A program made the translations under genes and the position numbers. 64,000 nt of DNA, from positions 128,021 through 192,020 of the forward strand of contig PDSJ01000014.1 in NCBI GenBank assembly GCA_002748425.1, in the 5' to 3' direction. Under the pieces are notes generated by a model. That model saw nothing but the letters and a program-made list of their open reading frames with translations, had not been told where the DNA came from and ran no database searches. Positions 10,485 through 19,298 of this stretch are shown one piece after another (positions within the stretch are counted from its first letter, which is position 1; each line of letters begins with the position of its first letter). This DNA comes from a candidate division KSB3 bacterium. GTDB taxonomy: Bacteria; Moduliflexota; Moduliflexia; Moduliflexales; Moduliflexaceae.

Positions 10485-11843
10485 ATGAAGTATGCAATCT
10501 CCTTGACCGCCTTGCTTGTTTCCCTTGTTTTTCTGCTCTCTGCTACGATGGTATCCGCAGTCGAACATCCGGTGCTCTATTTTTTCTGGGGAGAAGGATG
10601 CCCGCACTGTGAAAAAGCCAAAGGGTTCCTGCCGAAACTTCAGGAAAAATATCCTGAACTAGAAATGCGCTGGTTCGAAGTCTGGCATCACGGGCAGTTC
10701 AGCACGTTGGCCGACAGAATGCGGCAGGCTTACGAGATTAAAGCTTCGAGTGTCCCGATGTTTTTTCTGGATACATGGAGTATGACCGGATTCCAAAGTG
10801 ATGAAATGAGTGGGCCTCAGGTTGAGGATCAGGTCGTAAAATGTCTTAGGACAGGTTCTTGCTTTGATGCGCTCGGAAAGCTGGGGCCGCTCCAGAGCGC
10901 ATGGCGTGTGCGGGATGATGTCAGCCAGGGGACGCCTCAGGGATGGGAGTGGTTCCCTGCGACGCTCAAGCCACGACCTGCGGATGCTATGCCGCAGGAA
11001 GAGTCCCCGCGCTCTGAATCTGTCGGTCAGCCGACAGCGGAGGCCGCTGAGGTCGAGACCGCCCCTCAGAAGACGGTCGCTGCGTCTCAGGAAGACGAGA
11101 GCATTCTCGACATACCCATATTCGGTACGGTGGATGTCAAAAAAATTGGCTTACCTCTGTTTACGGTGGTTCTGGGGGGACTCGATGGTTTTAATCCTTG
11201 TGCCATGTGGGTGCTATGCTTTCTGCTCTCACTCGTGATTTACGCCAAGTCAAGGACCAAAATTCTCGTCATCGGTGGAATTTTTGTGTTCGCATCCGGC
11301 TTGATTTATTTCCTGTTTATGGCCGCATGGCTGAATCTGTTTATAATTGTCGGCTATGTAAAATACCTCCGTATCACTGTGGCTTTGGTGGCAATTGTGA
11401 TGGGAGTCATTAATTGTAAAGATTTTTTCTTTTTCAAAAAAGGCATCTCTTTGACGATCCCTGAGTCGGCCCATCCCAAACTGGGCAAGCGGATGCGCAG
11501 CATTGTCAACGCTTCGGCCTGGCCTGCGATGATTTTTGGGACAGTGTTTTTGGCGGTTACGGCGAATTTGATTGAATTGTTGTGTACAGCGGGCTTTCCG
11601 GCGATTTATACTCGAATTCTCACCCTGAACGAGCTGTCAACAGCACAATACTATCTCTATCTCGTGTTATATAATGTGGTCTACGTGCTTCCTCTGGCTG
11701 TGATTGTCACGATTTTCGGCTGGAAAATGGGAAGCCGGAGACTCTCGGAAAAAGAAGGTCGCATTCTGAAATTAGTGGGTGGCGCGTTGATGCTTGTCCT
11801 GGGTTTGGTGCTGCTTTTTAAACCGGAATTACTGATGTTTTAG
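10485..11843 (+). CDS. thioredoxin-fold domain fused to a DsbD_2/CcdA-like thiol-disulfide transmembrane domain
   Basis: Signal/TM start (MKYAISLTALLVSLVFLLSATMVSA). CPHC redox motif (WGEGCPHCEKAK). Pro/acid-rich linker. C-terminal 6-TM domain with two intramembrane cysteines (GFNPCAMW and LLCTAGFP) as in CcdA/DsbD_2. The start was moved from the ORF-track start to the first ATG that gives a signal peptide. Confidence 0.55.
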   Translation: MKYAISLTALLVSLVFLLSATMVSAVEHPVLYFFWGEGCPHCEKAKGFLPKLQEKYPELEMRWFEVWHHGQFSTLADRMRQAYEIKASSVPMFFLDTWSMTGFQSDEMSGPQVEDQVVKCLRTGSCFDALGKLGPLQSAWRVRDDVSQGTPQGWEWFPATLKPRPADAMPQEESPRSESVGQPTAEAAEVETAPQKTVAASQEDESILDIPIFGTVDVKKIGLPLFTVVLGGLDGFNPCAMWVLCFLLSLVIYAKSRTKILVIGGIFVFASGLIYFLFMAAWLNLFIIVGYVKYLRITVALVAIVMGVINCKDFFFFKKGISLTIPESAHPKLGKRMRSIVNASAWPAMIFGTVFLAVTANLIELLCTAGFPAIYTRILTLNELSTAQYYLYLVLYNVVYVLPLAVIVTIFGWKMGSRRLSEKEGRILKLVGGALMLVLGLVLLFKPELLMF

Positions 11844-11892
11844 GCAGCCCGCCATCACACGAGGCCGCCAGCTTAAGCTGATCGCGATTCGT

Positions 11893-12756
11893 TCAAAACA
11901 CAATCCCGGCGTAGCCGACAAAATCCGAAGCCGGTCGGTCTGGTATCACATCCTGGCTGGTAATGTGTTCTAAGAGATGGCCACGTTCTGCGCCCAGGAT
12001 TTTTACAGCCGCTATGGTCGCGGCAATCGCTCCTGCGCCGCAGGCGTTGCGATGTATTTCTGTTTCCCGGATCACATGCTCTGCCTTCATGGCAACGATA
12101 AGGTCGAGAAGTTTGCGGTCGTTTGCTTTCATCAGACGAAGCGAATGCTGTCCGATGCCATAAGGCGTGAAGCCGAAGCGAGGTCCATAGTGCGTCAGGT
12201 CCGTACTGCCCAGCACGCAGACCTGTTTCTGCTGGTTCTGAAGCAGCGTAGCGATGCGCTGCCCCAGAGAGACTGCCTCTTCAGTGGGATGCACCATGAT
12301 GGGGAGAATTTTCGCTGCTGGAAAGAGATATTGGATAAAAGGAAGTTGCACTTCAATCGAATGCTCGTCGTGATGGCTGTGGTGATCTGCCTGAACGATA
12401 TCTGAGGCATTCTCTGTAATCATCCGGGCAAGTTCTTCGTCAATAGGCACTGTGCCGCAGGGGGTCTCCCAGCTGCCCCGGTCGAAGAATGATGCCTTAC
12501 GTCCCACGCCCCGGACATGGACAGCGCCAAAAATCAGGAAGCTCTCCGGCGCGGATTTCTCATGGATGCTTTTAAATACTTTTGCCGCCGTACTCCCTGA
12601 AAAAATCCAGCCGGCATGTGGGACAATACCGCCCCGGATGCTTCCGGGAAGATCAGGAGCGTGATAGTCTCCAAAACAGCGCTGGAGTTCTCGTCGGCAG
12701 GATGCTTCATCAGCGGGATAAAAACTCCCGGCTCGACAGGCTTTTCGTGTGCTCAT
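11893..12756 (-). CDS. Memo-like protein (AmmeMemoRadiSam system protein B family)
   Basis: GGIVPHAGWIFSG motif, characteristic of the MEMO1/DUF52 dioxygenase-like family. Start placed at MSTRKACRAGSFYPAD to avoid overlapping the upstream gene. Confidence 0.6.
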   Translation of the reverse strand: MSTRKACRAGSFYPADEASCRRELQRCFGDYHAPDLPGSIRGGIVPHAGWIFSGSTAAKVFKSIHEKSAPESFLIFGAVHVRGVGRKASFFDRGSWETPCGTVPIDEELARMITENASDIVQADHHSHHDEHSIEVQLPFIQYLFPAAKILPIMVHPTEEAVSLGQRIATLLQNQQKQVCVLGSTDLTHYGPRFGFTPYGIGQHSLRLMKANDRKLLDLIVAMKAEHVIRETEIHRNACGAGAIAATIAAVKILGAERGHLLEHITSQDVIPDRPASDFVGYAGIVF

Positions 12757-12775
12757 ACTATTTACGTTCCTTTTG

Positions 12776-13723
12776 CTATACTCGTTCAATAATCGCTGCC
12801 GCCAGGAGTGGGAGCAGAATTTCGTGATGGCCAATCAAGCTATAGCCTTTGCCCCCATCGGATGCCGGCCTGCTGACAACATTTTGCGCAGGACGATAGT
12901 GCCGGATAAAATCCATATTTACCGTAGTAAAGCGTTTGAGCTCATATCCGAGGTTTCGGGCGGCGGAAACCGCTTTGAGAAAGACCTCCGGTAAGATGAC
13001 CGCCGAGCCGATATTGAAATAGACACCACCTTCAAGCTGCGAAATAACTCCCACATAACGTTTGAAGTCCAGATGGCTGGCTTCTCCCAGCGAGGCTCCG
13101 TCGGCGTTGGGATGCATATGGATAATGTCTGTACCGATCGACGCATGGACAGTCACTGGCAGTTCCAGCCGAACTGCAGCAGCAATAAGGCTGTGTTGCA
13201 GGTAAGGCGGCGACGAAGCTATGATTGCGCGGCCGACTGATTCCCCCATTCCCCAGCCTTCTGTGCGTCCTCTGGTGATCGCTTCATTCAGAATATATCC
13301 GGTTTCACGCCCCATGCCGAATTTTCCAGAGGAAATTGCCTCTGCGACATCTTCCGAGGTATGCCCGGTATAAGCGATTTCGAAGTCGTGGATAATTCCG
13401 GCACCGTTGAGCGCAACTGCTGACAGAATCCCTCGTTCCATGAGATCGATGATTAAAGGCGACAGACCGCATTTAATGACATGCGCTCCCATAGCCATCA
13501 CGACCGGACGAGCTTGCTGAACTGCCGTGGCAACTGCTGCGACGACTTCCTGAAACTGCGCTCCTGCCAGAATATTTGGCAGCGAGGCCATAAAACGTTC
13601 AAAGCATGCTCCTTTTTTCCAGGGGATCGCAAAATTTTCGATCTGTACAAGACTCTTACGTTCAAAAATGGAATAGGTGGAAATTTTTGAAAAATCGATC
13701 TCTGGAAAGTCTGTTTTCATCAT
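12776..13723 (-). CDS. deoxyhypusine synthase-like protein (putative)
   Basis: By-eye similarity to deoxyhypusine synthase: N-terminal DF…NF region, NGAGIIHDFE core, HASIGTDIIHMH segment. The N-terminus was trimmed because the upstream part of the ORF overlaps the tRNA-Asn terminator hairpin. The assignment is tentative. Confidence 0.4.
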   Translation of the reverse strand: MMKTDFPEIDFSKISTYSIFERKSLVQIENFAIPWKKGACFERFMASLPNILAGAQFQEVVAAVATAVQQARPVVMAMGAHVIKCGLSPLIIDLMERGILSAVALNGAGIIHDFEIAYTGHTSEDVAEAISSGKFGMGRETGYILNEAITRGRTEGWGMGESVGRAIIASSPPYLQHSLIAAAVRLELPVTVHASIGTDIIHMHPNADGASLGEASHLDFKRYVGVISQLEGGVYFNIGSAVILPEVFLKAVSAARNLGYELKRFTTVNMDFIRHYRPAQNVVSRPASDGGKGYSLIGHHEILLPLLAAAIIERV

Positions 13724-13752
13724 GTCTTTTTTCGGGGCTGTTGCAGAGGCCA

Positions 13753-13790
13753 TCAATAAAAAAGGCAGAACCGTAAGAGGCTCTGCCTTT
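13753..13790 (-). terminator. rho-independent terminator after tRNA-Asn
   Basis: On the minus strand: AAAGGCAGAGCC-tcttac-GGTTCTGCCTTT hairpin followed by TTTTTTATT. Confidence 0.5.
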
Positions 13791-13798
13791 GTCAACAA

Positions 13799-13870
13799 CT
13801 CCCCGGGCCGGACTCGAACCAGCGACCAAGTGGTTAACAGCCACTCGCTCTACCACTGAGCTACCGAGGA
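13799..13870 (-). tRNA. tRNA-Asn (anticodon GUU)
   Basis: Reverse complement reads TCCTCGGTAGCTCAGTGGTAGAGC…CTGTTAA…GGTTCGAGTCCGGCCCGGGGAG. Cloverleaf with a GUU anticodon. CCA is not encoded. Close to the E. coli tRNA-Asn pattern (starts UCCUC). Confidence 0.85.
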
Positions 13871-13929
13871 ATTACGCTTGTATGCAAAATTCAAAAAGAA
13901 CTCTATTATCCCGCTTCAGTCGTGATACA

Positions 13930-13958
13930 ATTACATGCTGCGTGCAATTTTTGTCAAG
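13930..13958 (-). promoter_or_regulatory. candidate sigma70 promoter for tRNA-Asn
   Basis: Minus-strand TTGACA (13953-13958), 16-nt spacer, TGTAAT (13930-13935). About 55 nt upstream of the tRNA. Confidence 0.35.
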
Positions 13959-14214
13959 ACTTTTTTGCGGTCAGCGAAAATTTTTTTTATGATCACAGGA
14001 GTAGTTTTTGGGGATTTTACTGTGTGTTGCGCTTTTTCAGGAATCATTCACGAGCGTATGGAGCAGGAAGAATGTAAGAAGAGCATTTATCCTTGTTGAG
14101 AAAGTCGAATAGTTCGACAGTCAGGCTTGGAAAAAAGCATTGACAAAACACAGTTCTCATCTGGGAATGCGCAATGAGAAGTCAGAAAATGCTGACACGT
14201 GTCAACAATGAGGA

Positions 14215-14493
14215 GTGATGATGAAAAAAACAGCGCCGCCCAAACAACAGCGAGAAGCCATTCACAGCCTTCAAAAAGCGTTTGCTGCCTGTGAAGCCGC
14301 AAACCTCTATTTTATTGCGATCGAACCTGAAGATCAGGAGGAATTGTGCAGTTTCAGGATCTATGATTATGATGAGCTTGAAGCGGCGATGGAGTCGCAC
14401 GGTCCCGGGGCGTTCGATATGCCTGATCTGCCAAGAGCTGTTCTTGAGCTAGAAAATATGCTTGTTTTCGCTCCTGAAAATCCGGATCTCTAG
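14215..14493 (+). CDS. small hypothetical protein (92 aa)
   Basis: ORF preceded by GAGGAG 7 nt upstream. No recognisable domain. Confidence 0.35.
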   Translation: MMMKKTAPPKQQREAIHSLQKAFAACEAANLYFIAIEPEDQEELCSFRIYDYDELEAAMESHGPGAFDMPDLPRAVLELENMLVFAPENPDL

Positions 14494-14735
14494 AATATTG
14501 TCCTCACAAGGACTTCCTTTTTGAAAGCAGTGACGATTTTTTTTGCACTATCCGATCTTGTCTAACGTAATTGAATATAAAGGTTTTCAGGTATAGCCTC
14601 AAAACCATGTCGCTTTTTTTTACAGTTTTGCGGATCCCTCTATGAACTCTGTACTGAGCACACGCAGCATACATTTTCCCTCTCTCCCTCAGAGAAAGGG
14701 CTTATGCACATGGACAGGCCGCGAGTTTTGTCTTT

Positions 14736-14751
14736 TGGCATACTTCATGCA
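14736..14751 (+). promoter_or_regulatory. candidate sigma54 (-24/-12) promoter
   Basis: TGGCAT-N6-ATGCA. The GG and GC elements have the canonical 12-nt register of TGGCACG-N4-TTGCA. Lies ~250 nt upstream of the PEP-CTERM gene. Weak evidence. Confidence 0.25.
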
Positions 14752-14893
14752 CTTAGTATAGAGCGTCGCTCATTGATTATTTAGTTTCTCTCTTTATCTT
14801 GAAAAAGCCAAACCATTCGCAAGGATGGGACGGAAAGTTGCGGGTCTTACACAGTGTATGTTAAGATAGCCGGACTGCCAGAAAGATATACTA

Positions 14894-14941
14894 GAACTCT
14901 GGAAAGTCGGCTTTTTTTTTCATAAGAAGCCGACTTTTTTT
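14894..14941 (+). terminator. terminator-like hairpin with flanking T-runs upstream of the PEP-CTERM gene
   Basis: AAAGTCGGC-tttttttttcataagaa-GCCGACTTT followed by TTTTTTT. Could terminate read-through from upstream or act as an attenuator. Confidence 0.4.
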
Positions 14942-14999
14942 TGTTTTCGGCTAAGGTAAAGAGATTATCACTCCATTTGTAATTTATAAGGAGATTCTC

Positions 15000-15722
15000 A
15001 TGAAAAAGTATTTCGCACACTTAGCCGTATTCACCATTGCACTAAGCTCGTTCTCAGCAATTGCCTCAGCAGAATCACTCACAGTCAAGAATTTTGCTCA
15101 ACTCCAATGGAAGACCGGAACTTTTTGGTCTGAGGGGAAAGAGCATAAAGGAGTTGGGACGACTGCCATGCAGCTCGAACTGCGTAACACCGAAGGGGAG
15201 ATGATGAATGGAGAAGAGCTTTTCGTGGGCTTTTGTGTGGATCCGGTACAGCCCATGTATAAAAATTTGGCTGTGAACGTCACCATGACAAATGTTGATA
15301 ATGTGACTGGAGGCCTTGAGGCCGCGTGGCTCTTTGACAGTGTCTATAATGAAAGTTTGAGCAAGAAGAAAATTGCCGGCTTGCAGTATGCCATCTGGGA
15401 AATCACCAGCGGTGACAGCGTGTACGATCTCGCCAGCACGACGGGACATTTTTATGCGGAAATACGAGATGAGGCTATTCGTAACTATGCCAATGACTAC
15501 CTGGCACTGGTGTCGAAAGAAGACAATATCAGCCTGGACAGCTTGAGTGCCTCGTATATGATTTCTCAAAGTTCGAAATATCAGGATTTGATCGTCAGAG
15601 TGCCGAATGTTCCGACGACTGCCGTGCCGGATCCAGTTCCGACTCCGGAGCCCGCCAGCATGATGTTATTGGGGATGGGACTGCTGGGACTGTTCGGTCT
15701 GCGAAGAAAACAGCGCCGTTAA
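15000..15722 (+). CDS. PEP-CTERM sorting-domain protein (exosortase substrate)
   Basis: N-terminal signal peptide. C-terminal PEP motif (…PTPEPAS), hydrophobic helix (MMLLGMGLLGLFGL) and basic tail (RRKQRR). RBS AAGGAG. Confidence 0.8.
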   Translation: MKKYFAHLAVFTIALSSFSAIASAESLTVKNFAQLQWKTGTFWSEGKEHKGVGTTAMQLELRNTEGEMMNGEELFVGFCVDPVQPMYKNLAVNVTMTNVDNVTGGLEAAWLFDSVYNESLSKKKIAGLQYAIWEITSGDSVYDLASTTGHFYAEIRDEAIRNYANDYLALVSKEDNISLDSLSASYMISQSSKYQDLIVRVPNVPTTAVPDPVPTPEPASMMLLGMGLLGLFGLRRKQRR

Positions 15723-15746
15723 GCTCATTTTCATAGTTATCCGTCA

Positions 15747-15779
15747 GGTCGGGTTCCACAACGAACCCGGCCTTTTTTT
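15747..15779 (+). terminator. rho-independent terminator after the PEP-CTERM gene
   Basis: GGTCGGGTTC-cacaac-GAACCCGGCC hairpin followed by TTTTTTT. Confidence 0.55.
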
Positions 15780-16172
15780 ATGCGTATTACTTCATATCGC
15801 ATATCTGGAGCACTAGCGGCCTTATCACTTCGGCGCCAGCCCCAGAGTTGGAATGTATAGCCTCTCAAAAGCCTGGAGAAGTCCACATAATACTCAGCCC
15901 CGGCTCCAAATCCTCGATGCGCCCGTGTGCATCGGTCGTCTCTCTGAAACAAAGTCGTCCTCGTAGGAATACAACGCTCATCTCAGTTGTCGGGCAATCA
16001 ACCGCTAACGAAATATAAGCGTCTGTAGATGGCGTTCTTCCGTGAGCAACGCTGAGATGCGCTTCGATTCTGGAGTAGTCTCTCTCTGAAAGGCTGAATG
16101 AGGCTTCAGTTCAACCCATTCAAATCTGTCCGAATAGCTGCTGAACACGATGGGAGGACTGAAACGTTTTTC

Positions 16173-18023
16173 CTATCCTTTTGGGATGATCAGAACTTGT
16201 CCGGCTTTGATACGGCGGGGATTTCTGATTTGATTCGCTTTCGTAAGCGCTCTGACAGAAATATTATGCAGTTTTGCAATCGTTATGAGCGTCTGTCCTT
16301 TCTTAACTTTATGTTTAATCGTCGTCGAAGGGACTAATAAACGTTGCCCTGCCCGAACTTTGCCGGGATCACTGATATCGTTCAGTTTGCTAATGGTGGC
16401 GACGGAAGTCTGATGCTTTTGGGCGATGGCAATGAGGGTTTCGCCTTTGCGAACGCGATAGGTCGTACAACCTTCCGGTGATGGCGGCGCTTTCGACTCC
16501 GTTGATGATGCTGAAGGGGCCTTTGGATTATCTGCGACAGCGACATACCCTCCGGGAATCTTCAAGACCTGCCCAATTCGAATTTTCCCAGCATTTTTGA
16601 TGCGGTTCACGCGCATAATATCCTTCATCCGAACGTCATAGCGTTGGGCAATCTGGGAAAGCGCTTCGCCTTTTCTGACTTTATGCCGAACTTTGACTGG
16701 AATATAAGCGTATTTTGAATCTTCAGGGATGGCGGCGTATTGTGCTTCAAACACTTTTTGCGAGTCTTTTGGGATATTAAGCTGGTAGTGTCTGGGAATC
16801 ATGCCGTTTTTTCGAAACACTGCAGATGCCAGCGCCGGATTGAGGGCTTTAATCTCTTTCACGCTCAAAGAGGTATGCTTTTCCAGCGTTTTTGGAGAAA
16901 TATAATGAGGAAGCCTGACCTGGGCCAACTCCAAGGGGGGCTTCAGCTCAATTTCACCAAAATATTCAGTATAGCGCATGCATACGTCAACAGCTGTTAA
17001 AAACTCAACATAAAAATTACGCGACGCATAGCCGAAACGCTTCCCTGTGTAACGTTCGATGAGTGTCGCAATATCTTCCGTATTCAGATCTTTGGCGGCA
17101 TTCCTGATGCCTTGCAAGCCGAAGTTGTAAGCCGTAACGGCGAGGGGCCAGGACTCTGTACTTTCATAATTGTGTCCTAGCAGTTCAGCAGCAGCACGGG
17201 CGGCAAGCAGCGGATCTTTCCGTTCGTCCACCATGCTGTTGATTTTTAAGCCATACTGTTTGCCTGTCCCTTTCATAAATTGCCACATCCCGGCAGCACC
17301 AACGGGTGACTTGGCAGCGGGGTTGAACGCTGATTCAATCAAAGGAAGATAAGCCAATTTATCCGGCAGGCCGCGTTCCGCAAAGATCTGTTTCATAGCC
17401 GGCATGTATTGCCCGGAGCGAATGATGCCTTCTTGAAAGCGATCGGCTTGTCCGATTTGGACGTGGATGCGACCTTTGGCGTCCTTGTGCTTATGGTGAA
17501 CGCTTTCAGGAATATCTCGGAACAAATCCCGAATTTGCTGTTCAGTGGCCGTCATCTTCGAAGGGGTGTCCCAATGTTCGGCGAGACTGCCGAGCAGTGT
17601 TTCATATTTTTCGACCGCAGTGCGAATCGCTTCTTTTTGGGCTTTTTTCTCCTGAAAATCAATGGAAATGACTTCGTAGACGACATTCATGTAACGGTCA
17701 TCATGAATAATAGCTTGCTTGGTCGTGTATTCTGTAAATACCTTTTTCCAGAAAGCCACTTGTGTCTGCAAGGCATCCGGAAACGGAAAGGGATGGAACA
17801 GTTTTTCACGCTCTTCTTCAGCGCTTTGAGCCTGTTCCGGGTTGAAGGGTATCGATCTTGCGATAGAGGGCACAGGGGATGGTGGACGTTCAAGCTTTGT
17901 TGCCCGAAAACAGATTATCACAAGTGTCAGAAACATCAGCAGGAGCGGGCCACGTAAACGTGGTTCATGAACAACATGGAAAAAAAGCCGCCTTATCGAA
18001 GCTGTCAGTTTTGGAAATAGCAT
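16173..18023 (-). CDS. mltD: membrane-bound lytic murein transglycosylase D-like (SLT domain + 3 LysM)
   Basis: SLT catalytic-region motifs (…LPLIESAFNPAAKSPVGAAGMWQFM…). Three C-terminal LysM repeats (…KVRKGEALSQIA…, …YRVRKGETLIAIA…, …HKVKKGQTLITIA…). Confidence 0.8.
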   Translation of the reverse strand: MLFPKLTASIRRLFFHVVHEPRLRGPLLLMFLTLVIICFRATKLERPPSPVPSIARSIPFNPEQAQSAEEEREKLFHPFPFPDALQTQVAFWKKVFTEYTTKQAIIHDDRYMNVVYEVISIDFQEKKAQKEAIRTAVEKYETLLGSLAEHWDTPSKMTATEQQIRDLFRDIPESVHHKHKDAKGRIHVQIGQADRFQEGIIRSGQYMPAMKQIFAERGLPDKLAYLPLIESAFNPAAKSPVGAAGMWQFMKGTGKQYGLKINSMVDERKDPLLAARAAAELLGHNYESTESWPLAVTAYNFGLQGIRNAAKDLNTEDIATLIERYTGKRFGYASRNFYVEFLTAVDVCMRYTEYFGEIELKPPLELAQVRLPHYISPKTLEKHTSLSVKEIKALNPALASAVFRKNGMIPRHYQLNIPKDSQKVFEAQYAAIPEDSKYAYIPVKVRHKVRKGEALSQIAQRYDVRMKDIMRVNRIKNAGKIRIGQVLKIPGGYVAVADNPKAPSASSTESKAPPSPEGCTTYRVRKGETLIAIAQKHQTSVATISKLNDISDPGKVRAGQRLLVPSTTIKHKVKKGQTLITIAKLHNISVRALTKANQIRNPRRIKAGQVLIIPKG

Positions 18024-18274
18024 ACCGTTTTTTAAGACTCGTTTAGGAATTAAGTGCTGTCGATTATTATATGAATTCTTCCCTGCAAAGCAAGTATTTT
18101 TTTCTGAAATTATCCTGCGTCTTTTTCATGACGGTAGAAGTCTTTGTTTTATGAGCGAATAGAGAGAGATTACATCCAAAAACATGTGTGGAGCAGACAG
18201 GTGCCGGCATACATATACATTTATAGCAGGGAAAGGAGTCGCGATGAATGTTGCAGTGTTGAATATTGACACGT

Positions 18275-19162
18275 TTATCCGTAAAGTTTTTTTAAGCGGG
18301 CGGCATCTGTGAGGAGTTGTTTGATAATTTGATTCGACGGATCGAGCCGCGCTGCGAATCGTAACTCCTGAATTGCATGATCATAGCGTTTCGAACTGAG
18401 ATAGATGACACTCAGATCAATGCGGGCCTGGAGATTTTCCTGGTTAAGCGCGATGACTTTTTTTAACATTGAAATTGCTTTTTCATGTTCTCCGAGCTTG
18501 CCCCAGGCTTTGCCGATTTGATGGAGCATATCCTCCCGCTTCGGAAAGATCGCCAGGACTTGTTCCCATTCGTGAATCGCCTTATCCCATTTACCTTCCT
18601 GAGCATACACAAAACCCAGCATCTGATGGCCGTCAGCATTGCTTGGATTCAAGCGAATAAGCCGTTGGAAGAGAGCTCTGGCCTTTTCAAAATTCTTGCT
18701 TTCGTAATAGACTCGCCCGAGGCTGTTCAATGCCTCGAGATTATGCGGGGCAATTGCAATCGATTTTTCGAGGTACGAGAGGGCTTGCGCCCTGTCCCCG
18801 ATCGCCCCGTACGCGATCCCTAAATTCAGGAATAGAGCTGAGGTCGGATCTTCATCGAAATTTTCGATATCGTGATAAATCTTGATAGCCCGTTTCGGTT
18901 GATTGGAGGTGAGGTAAATATTCGCGAGCGCAAAATGGATTTGTACGTTCGAGGTATTATGTTCGACCGCTTTTTGCATGTGCTCAAGGGCGATCTCGTG
19001 CTGATTGCGTTTATAGTACAGAATACCGATTTCGTAATATGCCTGGGCACAAGTCGGGTCCAACTCCAGACATTTTTTGAAATTCCGGAGCGCCATCAGC
19101 CAGTTCCCTGAGCTGTTGGCATGCAGCCCTTTCTGGTAAAATCGCTGTACTTGCTTATCCAT
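18275..19162 (-). CDS. tetratricopeptide repeat protein
   Basis: Multiple TPR units (W-LG-Y-A-F-A-P pattern). Start moved to MDKQVQRFYQKG so the gene does not overlap the ileS 3' end. Confidence 0.65.
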   Translation of the reverse strand: MDKQVQRFYQKGLHANSSGNWLMALRNFKKCLELDPTCAQAYYEIGILYYKRNQHEIALEHMQKAVEHNTSNVQIHFALANIYLTSNQPKRAIKIYHDIENFDEDPTSALFLNLGIAYGAIGDRAQALSYLEKSIAIAPHNLEALNSLGRVYYESKNFEKARALFQRLIRLNPSNADGHQMLGFVYAQEGKWDKAIHEWEQVLAIFPKREDMLHQIGKAWGKLGEHEKAISMLKKVIALNQENLQARIDLSVIYLSSKRYDHAIQELRFAARLDPSNQIIKQLLTDAARLKKLYG

Positions 19163-19298
19163 GATTGTCGCCGGGACACTCGTTTCCCGTTCGAAAACAA
19201 TTGAGTGCCTACACGTATATTCCCAGACCTGACAAGGATATATGCACGCTCTGTCAGGTCTGGGGTGTGTGTGAGTTGTCCTCGCGTCAGCCTCTACC

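Noticed and set aside
14736-14751. Strong claim of sigma54 regulation of the PEP-CTERM gene
   Set aside because: Kept only as a low-confidence feature. The -12 element is ATGCA rather than TTGCA. A terminator-like hairpin lies between it and the gene, and no enhancer-binding protein gene is in the window.
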